Below, piece after piece: positions 1 through 11,186 of a DNA stretch of 52,180 bases. How positions within the stretch are numbered: the stretch's first letter is position 1; each line of letters begins with the position of its first letter. The notes under the pieces were generated by a model, which saw only the letters and a list, made by a program, of their open reading frames with translations, had not been told where the DNA came from and made no database searches. The translations under genes and the position numbers were made by a program. This DNA is from Octopus bimaculoides (lineage: Eukaryota). The stretch is taken from the NCBI RefSeq assembly GCF_001194135.2, contig NC_068996.1, positions 44,202,560 through 44,254,739 on the forward strand, in the 5' to 3' direction.

Positions 1-10
1 TATATATATG

Positions 11-41
<31 letters not shown>

Positions 42-56
42 GTATATATATATATG

Positions 57-104
<48 letters not shown>

Positions 105-599
105 TACATACACACACACAAGGTGTGTTTCATGGAGATTTATCGGGGAGGTATGATAACCTAACCTTAACCTTGCTGCTTCAACTTACCTTGTTCAGGT
201 TTCTCCACACTACACCCATTTCCCTGGGGGGAGGGGAGCTCTGTAGTTGTCATTGTCAAAGCGAAACAGCATAGATTATTATTATATGTATATACCTCAT
301 CATTGACGGGGACCAATAATCTGGCCTGTTCCCCCACAGACATTAGATAGCAGTAATTTGATAGTGTTTCACATACTCCTGTACATGACCTACAAGAAAA
401 GAGTGATTGTGAGGGAAGAAGGTTCTTTTGTTTTTTGTTTTTTTGCGTGACCTTGAATTTTGTCTAGGCTTGGCTTATCTGGTTTAAATTTTTTATTTGA
501 AAGATTTTACAGAATAAACTTACTTAATTTTATAAATTTTATAATTAAAAATGAACAATTAGTGAGATTGATGTCATTGATGTTTTTTTTATAAAGAAA

Positions 600-973
600 A
601 AAGTAGCTTGCTTACGAACCACATGGTTCCGAGTTCAGTCCCACTGCGTGGCACTTTGGGCAAGTGTCTTCTACTATAACCTCGAGCCGACCAAAGCCTT
701 GTGAGTGGATTTGGTAAACGGAAACTGAAAGAAGCCTGTTGTATATATGTATGTCTGTGTCTTTGTGTGTCTGTGTTTGTTCCCCCAACATCACTTGACA
801 ACTGATGCTGGTGTGTTTATGTCCCCGTAACTTAGCGGTTCGGCAAAAGAGTCTGATAAAATAAGTATTAGGCTTACAAAGAATAAGTCCCGGGGTCGAT
901 TTGCTCGACTAAAGGCGGTGCTCCAGCATGGCCACAGTCAAATGACTGAAACAAGTAAAAGAGTAAAAGAGTA
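600..973 (+). mobile_element. SINE family B (tRNA head + CORE-like domain + internal microsatellite + Nin-like 3' module, (AAAGAGT)n tail), 5'-clipped copy
   Basis: Box B-like GGTTCCGAGTTCAGTCCC; CORE-like TTGGGCAAGTGTCTTCTACTATAACCTC; tail AAGTAAAAGAGTAAAAGAGTA. Same sequence recurs more than 20 times in the window. Confidence 0.9.
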
Positions 974-1009
974 TTACAGAAACATCCAGAGAGACAGCAA
1001 TCATTTTTG

Positions 1010-1800
1010 AGGATAGAACAATTGGCATGTTTAATGATTGTAAGGAAAAACATGGGTTGACTAGAAATTCCAGAGGAATGATTTTTTTTTGAGATTGGGA
1101 ATAGTGTTAAGCGTATGGCCAAGGAGCTGCGGATACATTATAGGTAATGAGAAGTAAAGTTAGTTATTCGTTCCTGGGATGGTATGAGACCAACCAGCTC
1201 CAGAGTATTACACTATAATAGTAGTAGAAAAGGTAGAAAGACAAGATCATACATCTGTGGGCCAAAAATTGGAGAGTGATGGTGAGCTGTATTTTGACAA
1301 TCAGTTGAGTGGCCTTTGTTGTAAGACACAGATGACACTCACAATGGAGTATTGATCCCACATCTGGAGGCAGTAATCAATCATTTGGACTTTGAAGAAT
1401 TTATCAGTTGTTGGATTATGAACTATTTTCTAGCTTTGAATAGAAGGCCAGTCTTTGTGAGGCATCCTTTACCATAATGAAGATATATACTTGTTAGGGG
1501 AGATTTTCATTGATGGTTTAGTGGTTATATATAGTCAGTACAAGGTGTTGATGTGGCTGCATGTATGTTATTACAAGAGTTCGTTAAGAGATGAAAGAAT
1601 AAATTCAAGTCCTATATATTTACTACATAAAAATACATTTTATTCCTGGTTGATGATAATACATAATCAAATTGTAGAGTCTAGTTGAATGAAGTAATCC
1701 ATGCAAGAAAGTTCAAGGATAGAAAATATAGAAATAACAGCTAAGTGGTGGTTTTCAGTCATGTGGTGTAGAGAAATAGATGGACATAGCAATGACGTGA
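1010..1800 (-). pseudogene. Decayed L2/CR1-group LINE ORF2 C-terminal fragment
   Basis: Minus-strand translation across frameshifts gives TINENLP*QVYIFIMVKDASQR / TGLLFKARK*FIIQQL / IDYCLQMWDQYS / KATQLI..LTITLQFLAHRCMILSFYLFYYYY / LWNF*STHVFPYNH. This matches, in order, the recalled post-RT motif series of this LINE group (LSW..YI..IAK.AS.KLG.L.RAR, LEYCSHIWG, KAIRLI..LT..LQ.L.HRR.V..LSLFYRYY, LWNSLP..VFP). The 5' boundary is approximate. Confidence 0.7.
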
Positions 1801-1996
1801 ATGACTCTAAGTCTAATCAGCTAAGAAGCAAGGAGCTGGGTTAGCAAGGTGTTCTTATTAATGGAACGCTAGATATTCTAGAAACTACCAAGAGAAATGC
1901 CAAGCTTCTTGAATAATTAAGAATTATGTCTCCTGGCATTGATGTTTCGAGAAGCTTAGAAAAGGGAGGTTACTCTATGATCTTTCTTGCGAGGGA

Positions 1997-2150
1997 GATC
2001 ATTCAACTATCTAGCTATGTCCTCATGCAAGTCCTGATACAGCAGATCTGGGATCTAGGAGCCTCATTATCCAATGTGTTTTTTGTCTAAGATGTTAAGA
2101 GAGATTTGGTTTCTAATTCTGGATGGTCAAGTGATCACTTAGAGGCTTAA
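1997..2150 (-). mobile_element. Unclassified retroposon 3' fragment (family G)
   Basis: ATTATCCAATGTG...GAGATTTGGTTTCTAATTCTGGATGGTCAAGTGATCACTTAGAGGCT resembles copies at 29903-30118, 30648-30720 and 41975-42120. Confidence 0.5.
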
Positions 2151-2604
2151 CTACACTTTGTATTGGAGTGCACTGTCTTAAGACTTGGGGCTTCAAACAT
2201 ATAGGGCTTTAGGAGCTTTTTGCAGAATCTGTTTAGTTACAAGCATTCTGAATCCAGACTCCAGTGAGTTTGATATCTTGAAGCCCTTTAAAGTTAACAA
2301 ATTTTTTGTCTTCCTGCTGAGCTTGACATAAAACAATTAACAAAATGAAACTGGAAAGGAATAAATAAAGTATGGAGGGAGATTCCACCATGTTTGCCTT
2401 CAGACTGTGAAGGCTTTATATGGTTCTTTTGCTGTTTCTGTAATAAGCTAGTTTTTATAAGAAGTGGTTACTACCCTTTAACTCACTGCCTCCCCCGTCA
2501 TTTATCTAATTTTATGATGGCTGGCATCCCTTTCTACATAACAACAAGAAGTTTGGAAGAAGACAGTTCTGAAAGAAGGGGAGACGAAACAGATGAATCC
2601 ACGT

Positions 2605-2760
2605 CAGTGTTTAATTGGCACTTTAGCTTATTTATTCTAAAACAATGAAGGACGATGTTGACCTTGGCATGATTTAGACTCAAAATGCCATGAACTGGAC
2701 CAGATATTACAAAGAATTGTTCTGGTGCTGTAAAAATTCCATGAATCCACTGTCTTATCA
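2605..2760 (-). mobile_element. Degraded SINE A2
   Basis: TGAAGGACGATGTTGACCTTGGCATGATTTAGACTCAAAATG is a diverged match to the A2 consensus, followed by (CAT/TAT)n. Confidence 0.55.
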
Positions 2761-3149
2761 TCATCATTATTATTATTATTATTATTTGCTTTTTAAACAT
2801 AATGGTTTTTAAAATTACATATTAGAGTGGTAAGAAAGTCACAAGAGAGCTGAACAGTAGAAGGTCTTCAGAGTTGAAACCCCCTCCTTAGGCAAGTGTT
2901 TTGGCCATTCTTATACTCTAGTAGTGTAAGAATTTAAGGGCCTAAATACTTACCTTACATTTCAGAGAATCATTATTATTTTTGACTTGGAATAATTATA
3001 AAATAGAGTAGAAATGTGGAAAAAAAATAGAATATTAATACTTTGTTATCAATAGTTCTCTACCTGAAGGTTGCAAATTTTAGTAGATTATACAAAAAGC
3101 AGCAGAATGGTCTTAAAGTGCTTTATTGTAATTATTTCATTGTTTCACC

Positions 3150-3370
3150 ACCCTGCAGGACTCCCTCAATTTCATTTCCTTCTCGTACTATGTATTTCTT
3201 GATCTTCCACTTCCTTCTCCACTTCCTTGCAAATTCATTTCTACCATTCCTCTCACCCAATCACTTTAATTCTTCCTCAGCACATGACCCAGCTAGTTCA
3301 TTCCATTTCTCTTCATGACATTCATCACAGCCTTTGTTGCCTTTATTTTTTTACAATTCATTGATTGTCC
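3150..3370 (-). pseudogene. Decayed RTE-clade LINE ORF2 C-terminal fragment
   Basis: Minus frame reads VMKRNGMN*LGHVLRKN*SDWVRGMVEMNLQGSGEGSGRSRNT*YE, matching the RTE motif RRRRLRW.GHV.RM...WVK...MEVEG.RGRGRPRKTW. Stops sit at expected TGG/GAA codons. Confidence 0.65.
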
Positions 3371-3371
3371 C

Positions 3372-3373
3372 TC

Positions 3374-3462
<89 letters not shown>

Positions 3463-3736
3463 NNNNNNNNNNNNNNNNNNNNNNNNNNNNNNNNNNNNNN
3501 NNNNNNNNNNNNNNNNNNNNNNNNNNNNNNNNNNNNNNNNNNNNNNNNNNNNNNNNNNNNNNNNNNNNNNNNNNNNNNNNNNNNNNNNNNNNNNNNNNNN
3601 NNNNNNNNNNNNNNNNNNNNNNNNNNNNNNNNNNNNNNNNNNNNNNNNNNNNNNNNNNNNNNNNNNNNNNNNNNNNNNNNNNNNNNNNNNNNNNNNNNNN
3701 NNNNNNNNNNNNTCTCTCTATCTGTCTGTCTCTCTC

Positions 3737-3775
<39 letters not shown>

Positions 3776-3940
3776 ATCTGTCTGTCTGTCTCTCTCTCTC
3801 TCTCTATCTGTCTGTCTCTCTCTCTCTCTCTCTATCTGTCTGTCTCTCTCTCTATCTGTCTGTCTCTCTATCTGTCTCTCTCTCTCTTTCTCTCTCTCTG
3901 TCTCTCTCTGTCTCTCTGTCTCTCTCTGTCTGTCTCTCCA
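3372..3940. repeat. (TCTG)n then compound (TC)n/(TCTG)/(TATC) microsatellite spanning an N gap (about 3463-3712)
   Basis: Direct reading of the sequence. Confidence 0.95.
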
Positions 3941-4088
3941 TGTTATATAAGCATGCGATATGATGTTTTTTCTTTTACTTATTACCTTGGGATCACAAGT
4001 TTATAAATGAATTATTACTTTTCTCAAATACATTGATTACAAAACTGAAGAAATTCGGTTTTAGGCAAGATTGAAAAGAAAGGGGGGA

Positions 4089-4576
4089 NNNNNNNNNNNN
4101 NNNNNNNNNNNNNNNNNNNNNNNNNNNNNNNNNNNNNNNNNNNNNNNNNNNNNNNNNNNNNNNNNNNNNNNNNNNNNNNNNNNNNNNNNNNNNNNNNNNN
4201 NNNNNNNNNNNNNNNNNNNNNNNNNNNNNNNNNNNNNNNNNNNNNNNNNNNNNNNNNNNNNNNNNNNNNNNNNNNNNNNNNNNNNNNNNNNNNNNNNNNN
4301 NNNNNNNNNNNNNNNNNNNNNNNNNNNNNNNNNNNNNNNNNNNNNNNNNNNNNNNNNNNNNNNNNNNNNNNNNNNNNNNNNNNNNNNNNNNNNNNNNNNN
4401 NNNNNNNNNNNNNNNNNNNNNNNNNNNNNNNNNNNNNNNNNNNNNNNNNNNNNNNNNNNNNNNNNNNNNNNNNNNNNNNNNNNNNNNNNNNNNNNNNNNN
4501 NNNNNNNNNNNNNNNNNNNNNNNNNNNNNNNNNNNNNNNNNNNNNNNNNNNNNNNNNNNNNNNNNNNNNNNNNNNN
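4089..4576. other. Assembly gap (N run)
   Basis: Run of N. Other gaps: 5537-6143, 15989-16345, 18291-18300, 18731-18740, 18934-19401, 22132-22216, 29273-29365, 31401-31978, 39991-40000, 49042-49051. Confidence 0.97.
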
Positions 4577-4980
4577 CACACACATATATATATACACATA
4601 CAAACACTTATCTATCTATCTATATATATATATATATATATATATAAATATATATATATTATGGGTGTGTATGTGTCAGTAGGTATTTAAAATGAACAGC
4701 ACCAATAACAAAATATAAACGAAGAGAAATTTAAATTGAATAAAGAAAAAACAACAAAATATAGAAATAGAAAAAAATAAAATAGACATGTATGATGACA
4801 AACCGGTTTGTCGAGAAAGCTAGTCATTATATTTTGGCATATAGTCAAATAATTGTAATAGGTTTCTCTCTGAATAGGTGTGTGAATAGGCACCTAAAAT
4901 TGTCAAATTTATGCATATCTATCTGTTTCTCTTGCTCTCTCTCTCTCTTTCTCACTAACTCAGTCTGTCTGTCTGTCTGT

Positions 4981-5038
<58 letters not shown>

Positions 5039-5090
5039 GTCTGCCTCTTTCTCTCTCTCTCACTCTCTCACACACACATGCATAATATTT

Positions 5091-5460
5091 TATTCTTTTA
5101 CACGTTTCAGTCATTTGGGTGTGGCCATGCTGGAGCACCACCTTTTAGTTGAACAAATCGACCCCGGGACTTATTCTTTATAAGCCTAGTACTTATCCTA
5201 TCGGTCTCTTTTGCTAAACCACTAAGTTACGGGGACGTAAATGCATCAACATCGGTTGCCAAGCAATGGTGGGAGGACAAGTACACACACACACACACAT
5301 TATATATGATGGGCTTCTTTCAGTTTCCATCTACATAATCCATTCACAAGGCTTTGGTCGGCCTGAGGCTGTAGTAGGAGACACTTGTCCAAAGCGTCAT
5401 GTAGTGAGACTGAACCCAGAACTATGTGGTTGGGGAGCATGCTTCTTACCACACAGCCAC
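5091..5460 (-). mobile_element. SINE family B
   Basis: Near-full reverse copy, from the tail TTCTTTTACACGTTTCAGTCA through to the head CTTACCACACAGCCAC. Confidence 0.9.
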
Positions 5461-5536
<76 letters not shown>

Positions 5537-6949
5537 NNNNNNNNNNNNNNNNNNNNNNNNNNNNNNNNNNNNNNNNNNNNNNNNNNNNNNNNNNNNNNNN
5601 NNNNNNNNNNNNNNNNNNNNNNNNNNNNNNNNNNNNNNNNNNNNNNNNNNNNNNNNNNNNNNNNNNNNNNNNNNNNNNNNNNNNNNNNNNNNNNNNNNNN
5701 NNNNNNNNNNNNNNNNNNNNNNNNNNNNNNNNNNNNNNNNNNNNNNNNNNNNNNNNNNNNNNNNNNNNNNNNNNNNNNNNNNNNNNNNNNNNNNNNNNNN
5801 NNNNNNNNNNNNNNNNNNNNNNNNNNNNNNNNNNNNNNNNNNNNNNNNNNNNNNNNNNNNNNNNNNNNNNNNNNNNNNNNNNNNNNNNNNNNNNNNNNNN
5901 NNNNNNNNNNNNNNNNNNNNNNNNNNNNNNNNNNNNNNNNNNNNNNNNNNNNNNNNNNNNNNNNNNNNNNNNNNNNNNNNNNNNNNNNNNNNNNNNNNNN
6001 NNNNNNNNNNNNNNNNNNNNNNNNNNNNNNNNNNNNNNNNNNNNNNNNNNNNNNNNNNNNNNNNNNNNNNNNNNNNNNNNNNNNNNNNNNNNNNNNNNNN
6101 NNNNNNNNNNNNNNNNNNNNNNNNNNNNNNNNNNNNNNNNNNNGCTTTTGAAATGCGGAGTAGATGAAACAGGGACAACTGACGAAGGGGTATATTCTTT
6201 ATGTTGCATGTCTCGTTTCTTTGTTTGTTTTTTTCATTGTTCGAAAAAGAGTTCATTTTCTGTTTTCGTTTCTCATTGTGTTTAACGTTTTTTTGATGTC
6301 CTGTACCCATATATGCATCTATATATACATATAGATGTAGGTATGTACATATATGTATGGATATATGCATATATTTATATATTATTTATATTATATATAT
6401 CTTGTCTTTGTGTATGTCTCTTTTTCTGTCTCTCTTTGTCTCTGTCTCTCTCCCTTTTCTCTCTCTATCTATCTATTTATCTATCTATCCCCTTTTCTTC
6501 CTTCTTTCCTTCCTTATCTAGAAAGGTATGTGTGGGGAAACAAACAAACAGACCGATGAATAGGCAAATAATCATATAGACATACAAATAACTAGCTGCT
6601 TCGCTCATTATTTCTTTTTCTGTATGGTTATTTAATATATCTAAGTATCTCTATCACTCTATATATTTTTCTCTGTCTTTCTTTCTCTCTGGATTTCTGT
6701 GCTTTTCTCTCTCTATCTCTCTTTCTGTAGGTGTTTATACATTTACATTTTCAAACGAAGCAAAAATATTGTAACACAAATAGTATTCATATATACACAA
6801 TACATACATATATTCATAATTGCTCATGTATTCACTTATCTCTAACTATTTTAAAATTCTTCACCCAAACATACAAACCTACCTCAAACTCATGTCACCT
6901 TCAGTCAATATTTCTGTTGGTCTACCATTTAGCTTGCCTGTTTGTTTAA

Positions 6950-7397
6950 CCCTTTTGCATTTAACCCTTTTGTTACCAAATTTCTGTTGAGATGCTCTGG
7001 GTTTCTTTCAATTAATTTTAAATATAACAAAGAATTTACTAAAATAACTTAGTTATCATTCAGCTAGTGTTAGGAACATAAATTGTGACTAAGGTTTGGT
7101 GGAAGATTTTAATTCAGAACTTTTGAAAACATGACACTTGTACTACAGAGCCAGAGCAGGTTTCAGCCGGGCTGGTATCAAAAGGGTTAAACCGGCCATA
7201 TCCAGCCAAAATGTTCTACCTGTTTTATGTTCAAACCAGCCAGATCTAGCCTTTCACACTTACCCTACAATGTCATTCTAAAACAATAAAATGTCATATC
7301 ATCACAAACCTGAGGCTATGAGATAAAACATGATTAATTGGAAACTATGTGAATAAATAAGCATTACAGTTTACAGAGTAATCTTAATGCTGAAAGT
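6950..7397. mobile_element. piggyBac-type MITE family E, interrupted by a family D MITE
   Basis: TTAA|CCCTTTTGCAT ... AATGCTGAAAGT|TTAA termini. After removing 6965-7186 plus one TTAA, the body is collinear with the E copy at 7463-7684. Confidence 0.8.
6965..7186. mobile_element. piggyBac-type MITE family D (~222 bp)
   Basis: TTAA|CCCTTTTGTTACC ... GGTATCAAAAGGG|TTAA: terminal inverted repeats with a TTAA duplication. Five copies in the window. Confidence 0.85.
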
Positions 7398-7462
7398 TTA
7401 AGTAGTTTGATTCTAGTCTGCTAGGGATTATCTCTGTTCTCCAATGCAAACCTCTATTTTAA

Positions 7463-7684
7463 CCCTTTGCCATTTAAACCAGCTGTATCTAGCCCAAAAT
7501 ACCCTACCTGTTTCATATTCAAATCAGCTAGATCCAGCCTCTCACACCTGCCTTACAGCATCATTCTAAAAATAGACAATCACATCTTCAAAATCTCAGA
7601 GTTAAAAGATAATGCATGATTAATTCAAAACAATGTGAATAAATAGGCAGAACATTTGGCTGAGTTTATGTTAATGCTAAAAGG
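7463..7684. mobile_element. piggyBac-type MITE family E
   Basis: TTAA|CCCTTTGCCATTT ... AATGCTAAAAGG|CTAA; body shared with the other E copies. Confidence 0.8.
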
Positions 7685-7807
7685 CTAAAACATTTATATT
7701 TGAAATTAAAACCTTCCATCATAAATTTATGCAATATCCTTTTATTAAATTATGTTCTTAATGCTAATTTTATATATAAATGAGTACCAGCAAGGGAGCG
7801 TGTATGT

Positions 7808-7967
7808 CAGGGCTGCGGAGTTGAAACAAAAAACTTTGATTCTGACTCCGGCTCCTCTACTCCAACTCCAACTTCTTTATGTAATTGATTGTGGTCTATT
7901 TTACTGACTCCGACTCCTCCTTAATTGTTTCCGACTCTGACTCCATCTCTCCAACTCTGCAGCCCTG
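7808..7967. mobile_element. hAT-type MITE with internal (GACTCC)-like repeats
   Basis: TIR CAGGGCTGCGGAGT / ACTCTGCAGCCCTG; 8-bp flanks GTGTATGT (7800-7807) and GTTTATGT (7968-7975), 7/8 identical. Confidence 0.8.
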
Positions 7968-8287
7968 GTTTATGTCATTACTTGCATGCTATAGGTAGTG
8001 ACTAAGATTCCTTCAAGCCATACCCTACCATCCTGATAAAAGAAAGGATAATTTGAATAATGTAATCTCAGATGTTCTATGCCTATAAAGTATGGGAGTG
8101 TGATTACTGTTAGAACTGTTGACTGTATGACCCCAAAGGACACTTTTTCTCTCATGGCTGACGTGTTGTCCACAGTTTGGTACCCATCATAGGTTGTTTC
8201 TAGAAAGCAGGCAAAGAGATGTGCATAGCCTGGTTGCATTTGTGGGGATGAAGGGTTCATGCTAATCAGTAATGGGAATGATACACT

Positions 8288-8326
<39 letters not shown>

Positions 8327-8689
8327 TCCCTGGCACACTGTCCATTGCTGGTGATCTGACGGGGAAGGAGAATGATGTGTCAATGAGAGCAGGATGCCAG
8401 TAGGCAGACAAAAGCAGTGAAGATTCAGCTCAGTGGTGAGATGGTGGACATGGACTTGATCTGTGTGTCCATTTGATCATAGTCATAGTTTGGCTCAAAC
8501 AGGTTTGACCTTGGGCTAAACCGCAATCAGTTAATGATAAAGTTATTTTACAAAACATAGCTAAATTTTTTTCTATTATTTAAAAATAAAAAAGAATCAA
8601 TATAAACACAGTGAGCAGTGCAATTAATTCCAAATTAATTCTGAAATTAACACAAGCAGGATGATCATGAATAGACAAGGTATCTTTAA

Positions 8690-8985
8690 TCTTTAACTTG
8701 TTTCAGTTATTGAGTGGCAGCCATGCTGCAGCACCATGTTGAAGGGTTTTGTTGAATAAACCAAGCTCTGAACTTATTCCTAAAGTCTGGTACACACAGA
8801 TATGCATGTGCACGTGCACACATACTCACACACAAAGGGCTTCTTGAAGTTTCCATTTAACAAATGCACTCACAAGACTGGTCAGCCCTGAGGTATAGTG
8901 GAAGTCACTTGTGCAAAGTGCCAAGCAGTGGGACTTGAACCCACAAACATTCTACTGGGAAGCAAGCTTCTTTCAACAAAGCAAA
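8690..8985 (-). mobile_element. Degraded SINE family B
   Basis: TTGTTTCAGTTATTGAGTGGCAGCCATGCTGCAGCACC ... GAAGTCACTTGTGCAAAGTGCC ... GGGAAGCAAGCTTC. Confidence 0.7.
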
Positions 8986-9024
8986 ACCTACTGCAGAATA
9001 TAATTATCATTTAGAAGATTGTTA

Positions 9025-9404
9025 TAGGCACAGGAGTAGCTGTGTGGTAAGTAGCTTGCTTACCAACCACACGGTTCTGGGTTCAGTTCCACTGCATGGC
9101 ACCTTGGGCAAGTGTCTTCTTCTATAGCCTCAGGCCGCCCAAAGCCTTGTGAGTGGATTTGGCAAACAGAAACTGAAAGAAGCCCGTCATATATATATAA
9201 ATATGTGTGTGTGTTTGTCCCCCCAACATTGCTTGACAACTGATGCTGGTGTGTTTATATCACTGCAGCTTAGCAGTTCAGCAAAATAGAATGATAGAAT
9301 AAGGACTAGGCTTACAAAGAATAAGTCCTTGGATTGATTTGCTCGACTAAAGGTGGTACTCCAGCATGGCTGCAGTCAAAATGACTGAAACAAATAAAAG
9401 AATA
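9025..9404 (+). mobile_element. SINE family B, full length
   Basis: Head GGCACAGGAGTAGCTGTGTGG, CORE-like block, short (TA)/(GT) core, tail GACTGAAACAAATAAAAGAATA. Confidence 0.92.
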
Positions 9405-9668
9405 GTTTGCTTGACGAAGCATTGTAGAATACATACAAAATCAGAAAGATATAGAAAGAGATGGCAATGCAAATACAACATAAAATAGCATAGTTATTGA
9501 AATGTTACCTTACAAATATTCAATTAATTTCTAATTAGGACTAATTAAATATTCTTAAGGTAACATGGCAATGTCTCTATTCTTGTTATTAGTTATTGTT
9601 TTTGAGATTTAATGTTCTGCTTTCATGGTTGTTTCTATTTAAAGTACGCTAATTTCTACAAGCAGTAA

Positions 9669-10142
9669 CCCTTTCGTTACCAGCCCGGCTGAAACCGGCT
9701 CTGACTCTGAGTACAAATGTCTTGTTTTCATAAGTTTTGAATGAAAATCTTCCACCAAACGTTAGTCACAATTTATGTTCCTAACATTAGCTGAATGATA
9801 ACTAAGTTATTTTACTAAATTCTCTGTTATATTTAAAATTAATTGAAAGAAACACAGAGCATCTCAACAGAAATTTGGTAACAAAAGCGTTAAATATATA
9901 TAATAGAGAAACAATTCTTAACCTTTTTGTTACCAATCCAGCTGAAACCGCTTCTGGCTCTGTAGTACAAATGTCTTGTTTACAAAAGTTTTGAATTAAA
10001 ATCTTCCACCAAACCTTAGTCACAATTTATGTTCCTAACACTAGCTTAATGATAACTAAGTTATTTTACTAAATTCTTTGTTATATTTAAAGTAATTGAA
10101 AGAAACACAGAGCATCTCAAAATAAATACACTAACGAAAGGG
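9669..10142. mobile_element. Two tandem piggyBac-type D MITEs (9669-9889, 9922-10142)
   Basis: Each starts CCCTTT/CCTTTT-GTTACC and ends GTAAC(A/G)AAAG(C/G)G|TTAA. Both are in the opposite orientation to 6965-7186. Confidence 0.85.
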
Positions 10143-10190
10143 TTAATAAATTGTCCTGTAGCTCTGTACTTTTGAAGATGAGTGGAATAA

Positions 10191-10617
10191 ACCTTTTAGT
10201 ATTCAGAATACTCTGTCCAATGTAATACCTATTTATTTACATTGTTTTGAATTAATCGTGTATTATCTCACAGCTCTGAAATTTCAATGATGTGATCATT
10301 TATTTTTGCTATGACATTGTAGGGTAGGTACAAGATACTAGATCTATCCTATTTGAACATAAAGTGGGTAGAATATATGGGCCAGATATAACTGGTTTAA
10401 TTCTTTAGCATTCAGATTACTCTGACAAATGTAATGCTTGCTTATTCACATTGTTTTGAATTAATCATGCATTATCTCATAGCTTCAAGATTTCAACGAT
10501 ATGGTTGTTTAGTTTTAGAATGGCATTTTATTGTGGGTGTGAGATCTAATTAGTTTTAACATAAAGCTGGTAGAATATTTGGACTGGATATGGCTGGTGT
10601 AAATACTAAAGGGCTGA
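10191..10617. mobile_element. Two adjacent or nested piggyBac-type E MITEs (junction TTAA at 10397-10400)
   Basis: The E body (CAGA.TACTCTG.CAAATGTAAT...GGATATGGCTGG) is read twice; ends AATACTAAAGGG. Confidence 0.75.
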
Positions 10618-10740
10618 AATGGTTTTCATCCCCTACTTGAAAAACAGTTAATGGTTAGCTTATTTATTCGCAACAACTGGCTATAAGATAATGCCACAAT
10701 TACAAGTATTCATAAAAAGACACACCAACAAAAGAAAACA

Positions 10741-10952
10741 CTCTCTTTTACTCTTTTACTTGTTTCAGTCATTTGATTGCAGCCATGCTGGAGCACTGCC
10801 TTTAGTCGAGCAAATTGACCCCAGGACTTATTCTTTGGAAGCCTAGTACTTATTCTATCGGTCTCTTTTTGCCGAACCGCTGAGTTACGGGGACATAAAC
10901 ACACCAGCATCGGTTGTCAAGCGATGGTGGAGGGACAAACACAGACACACAA

Positions 10953-11019
<67 letters not shown>

Positions 11020-11186
11020 TACGACAGGCTTCTTTCAGTTTCCGTCTACCAAATCCACTCACAAGGCTTTGGTCGGCCTGAGGCTATAGTAGAAGACACT
11101 TGCCCAAGGTGCTACGCAGTGGGACTGAACCCGGAACCATGTGGTTGGTAAGCAAGCTACTTACCACACAGCCACTCCTGCACCTA
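10741..11186 (-). mobile_element. SINE family B, full length, little diverged, long internal (TA)n
   Basis: Complete reverse copy, from CTCTTTTACTCTTTTAC to GCCACTCCTGCACCTA. Confidence 0.95.

Noticed and set aside
190-240. Possible 51-nt minus-strand exon (SSPPPREMGVVWRNLNK) with an AAG|GTAAGT donor
   Set aside because: Weak acceptor, no recognisable homology, and the adjacent CCTAACCTTAACC motif suggests a repeat.
2150-2300. Faint resemblance of the minus frame to an RLE LINE C-terminus
   Set aside because: Too few matching residues to support a call.
6144-6220. CTGACGA after a possible stem (GAAACAGGGACA..TGTCTCGTTTC): second hammerhead?
   Set aside because: No GAAA after stem II and no UH site in register; the sequence starts at a gap edge.
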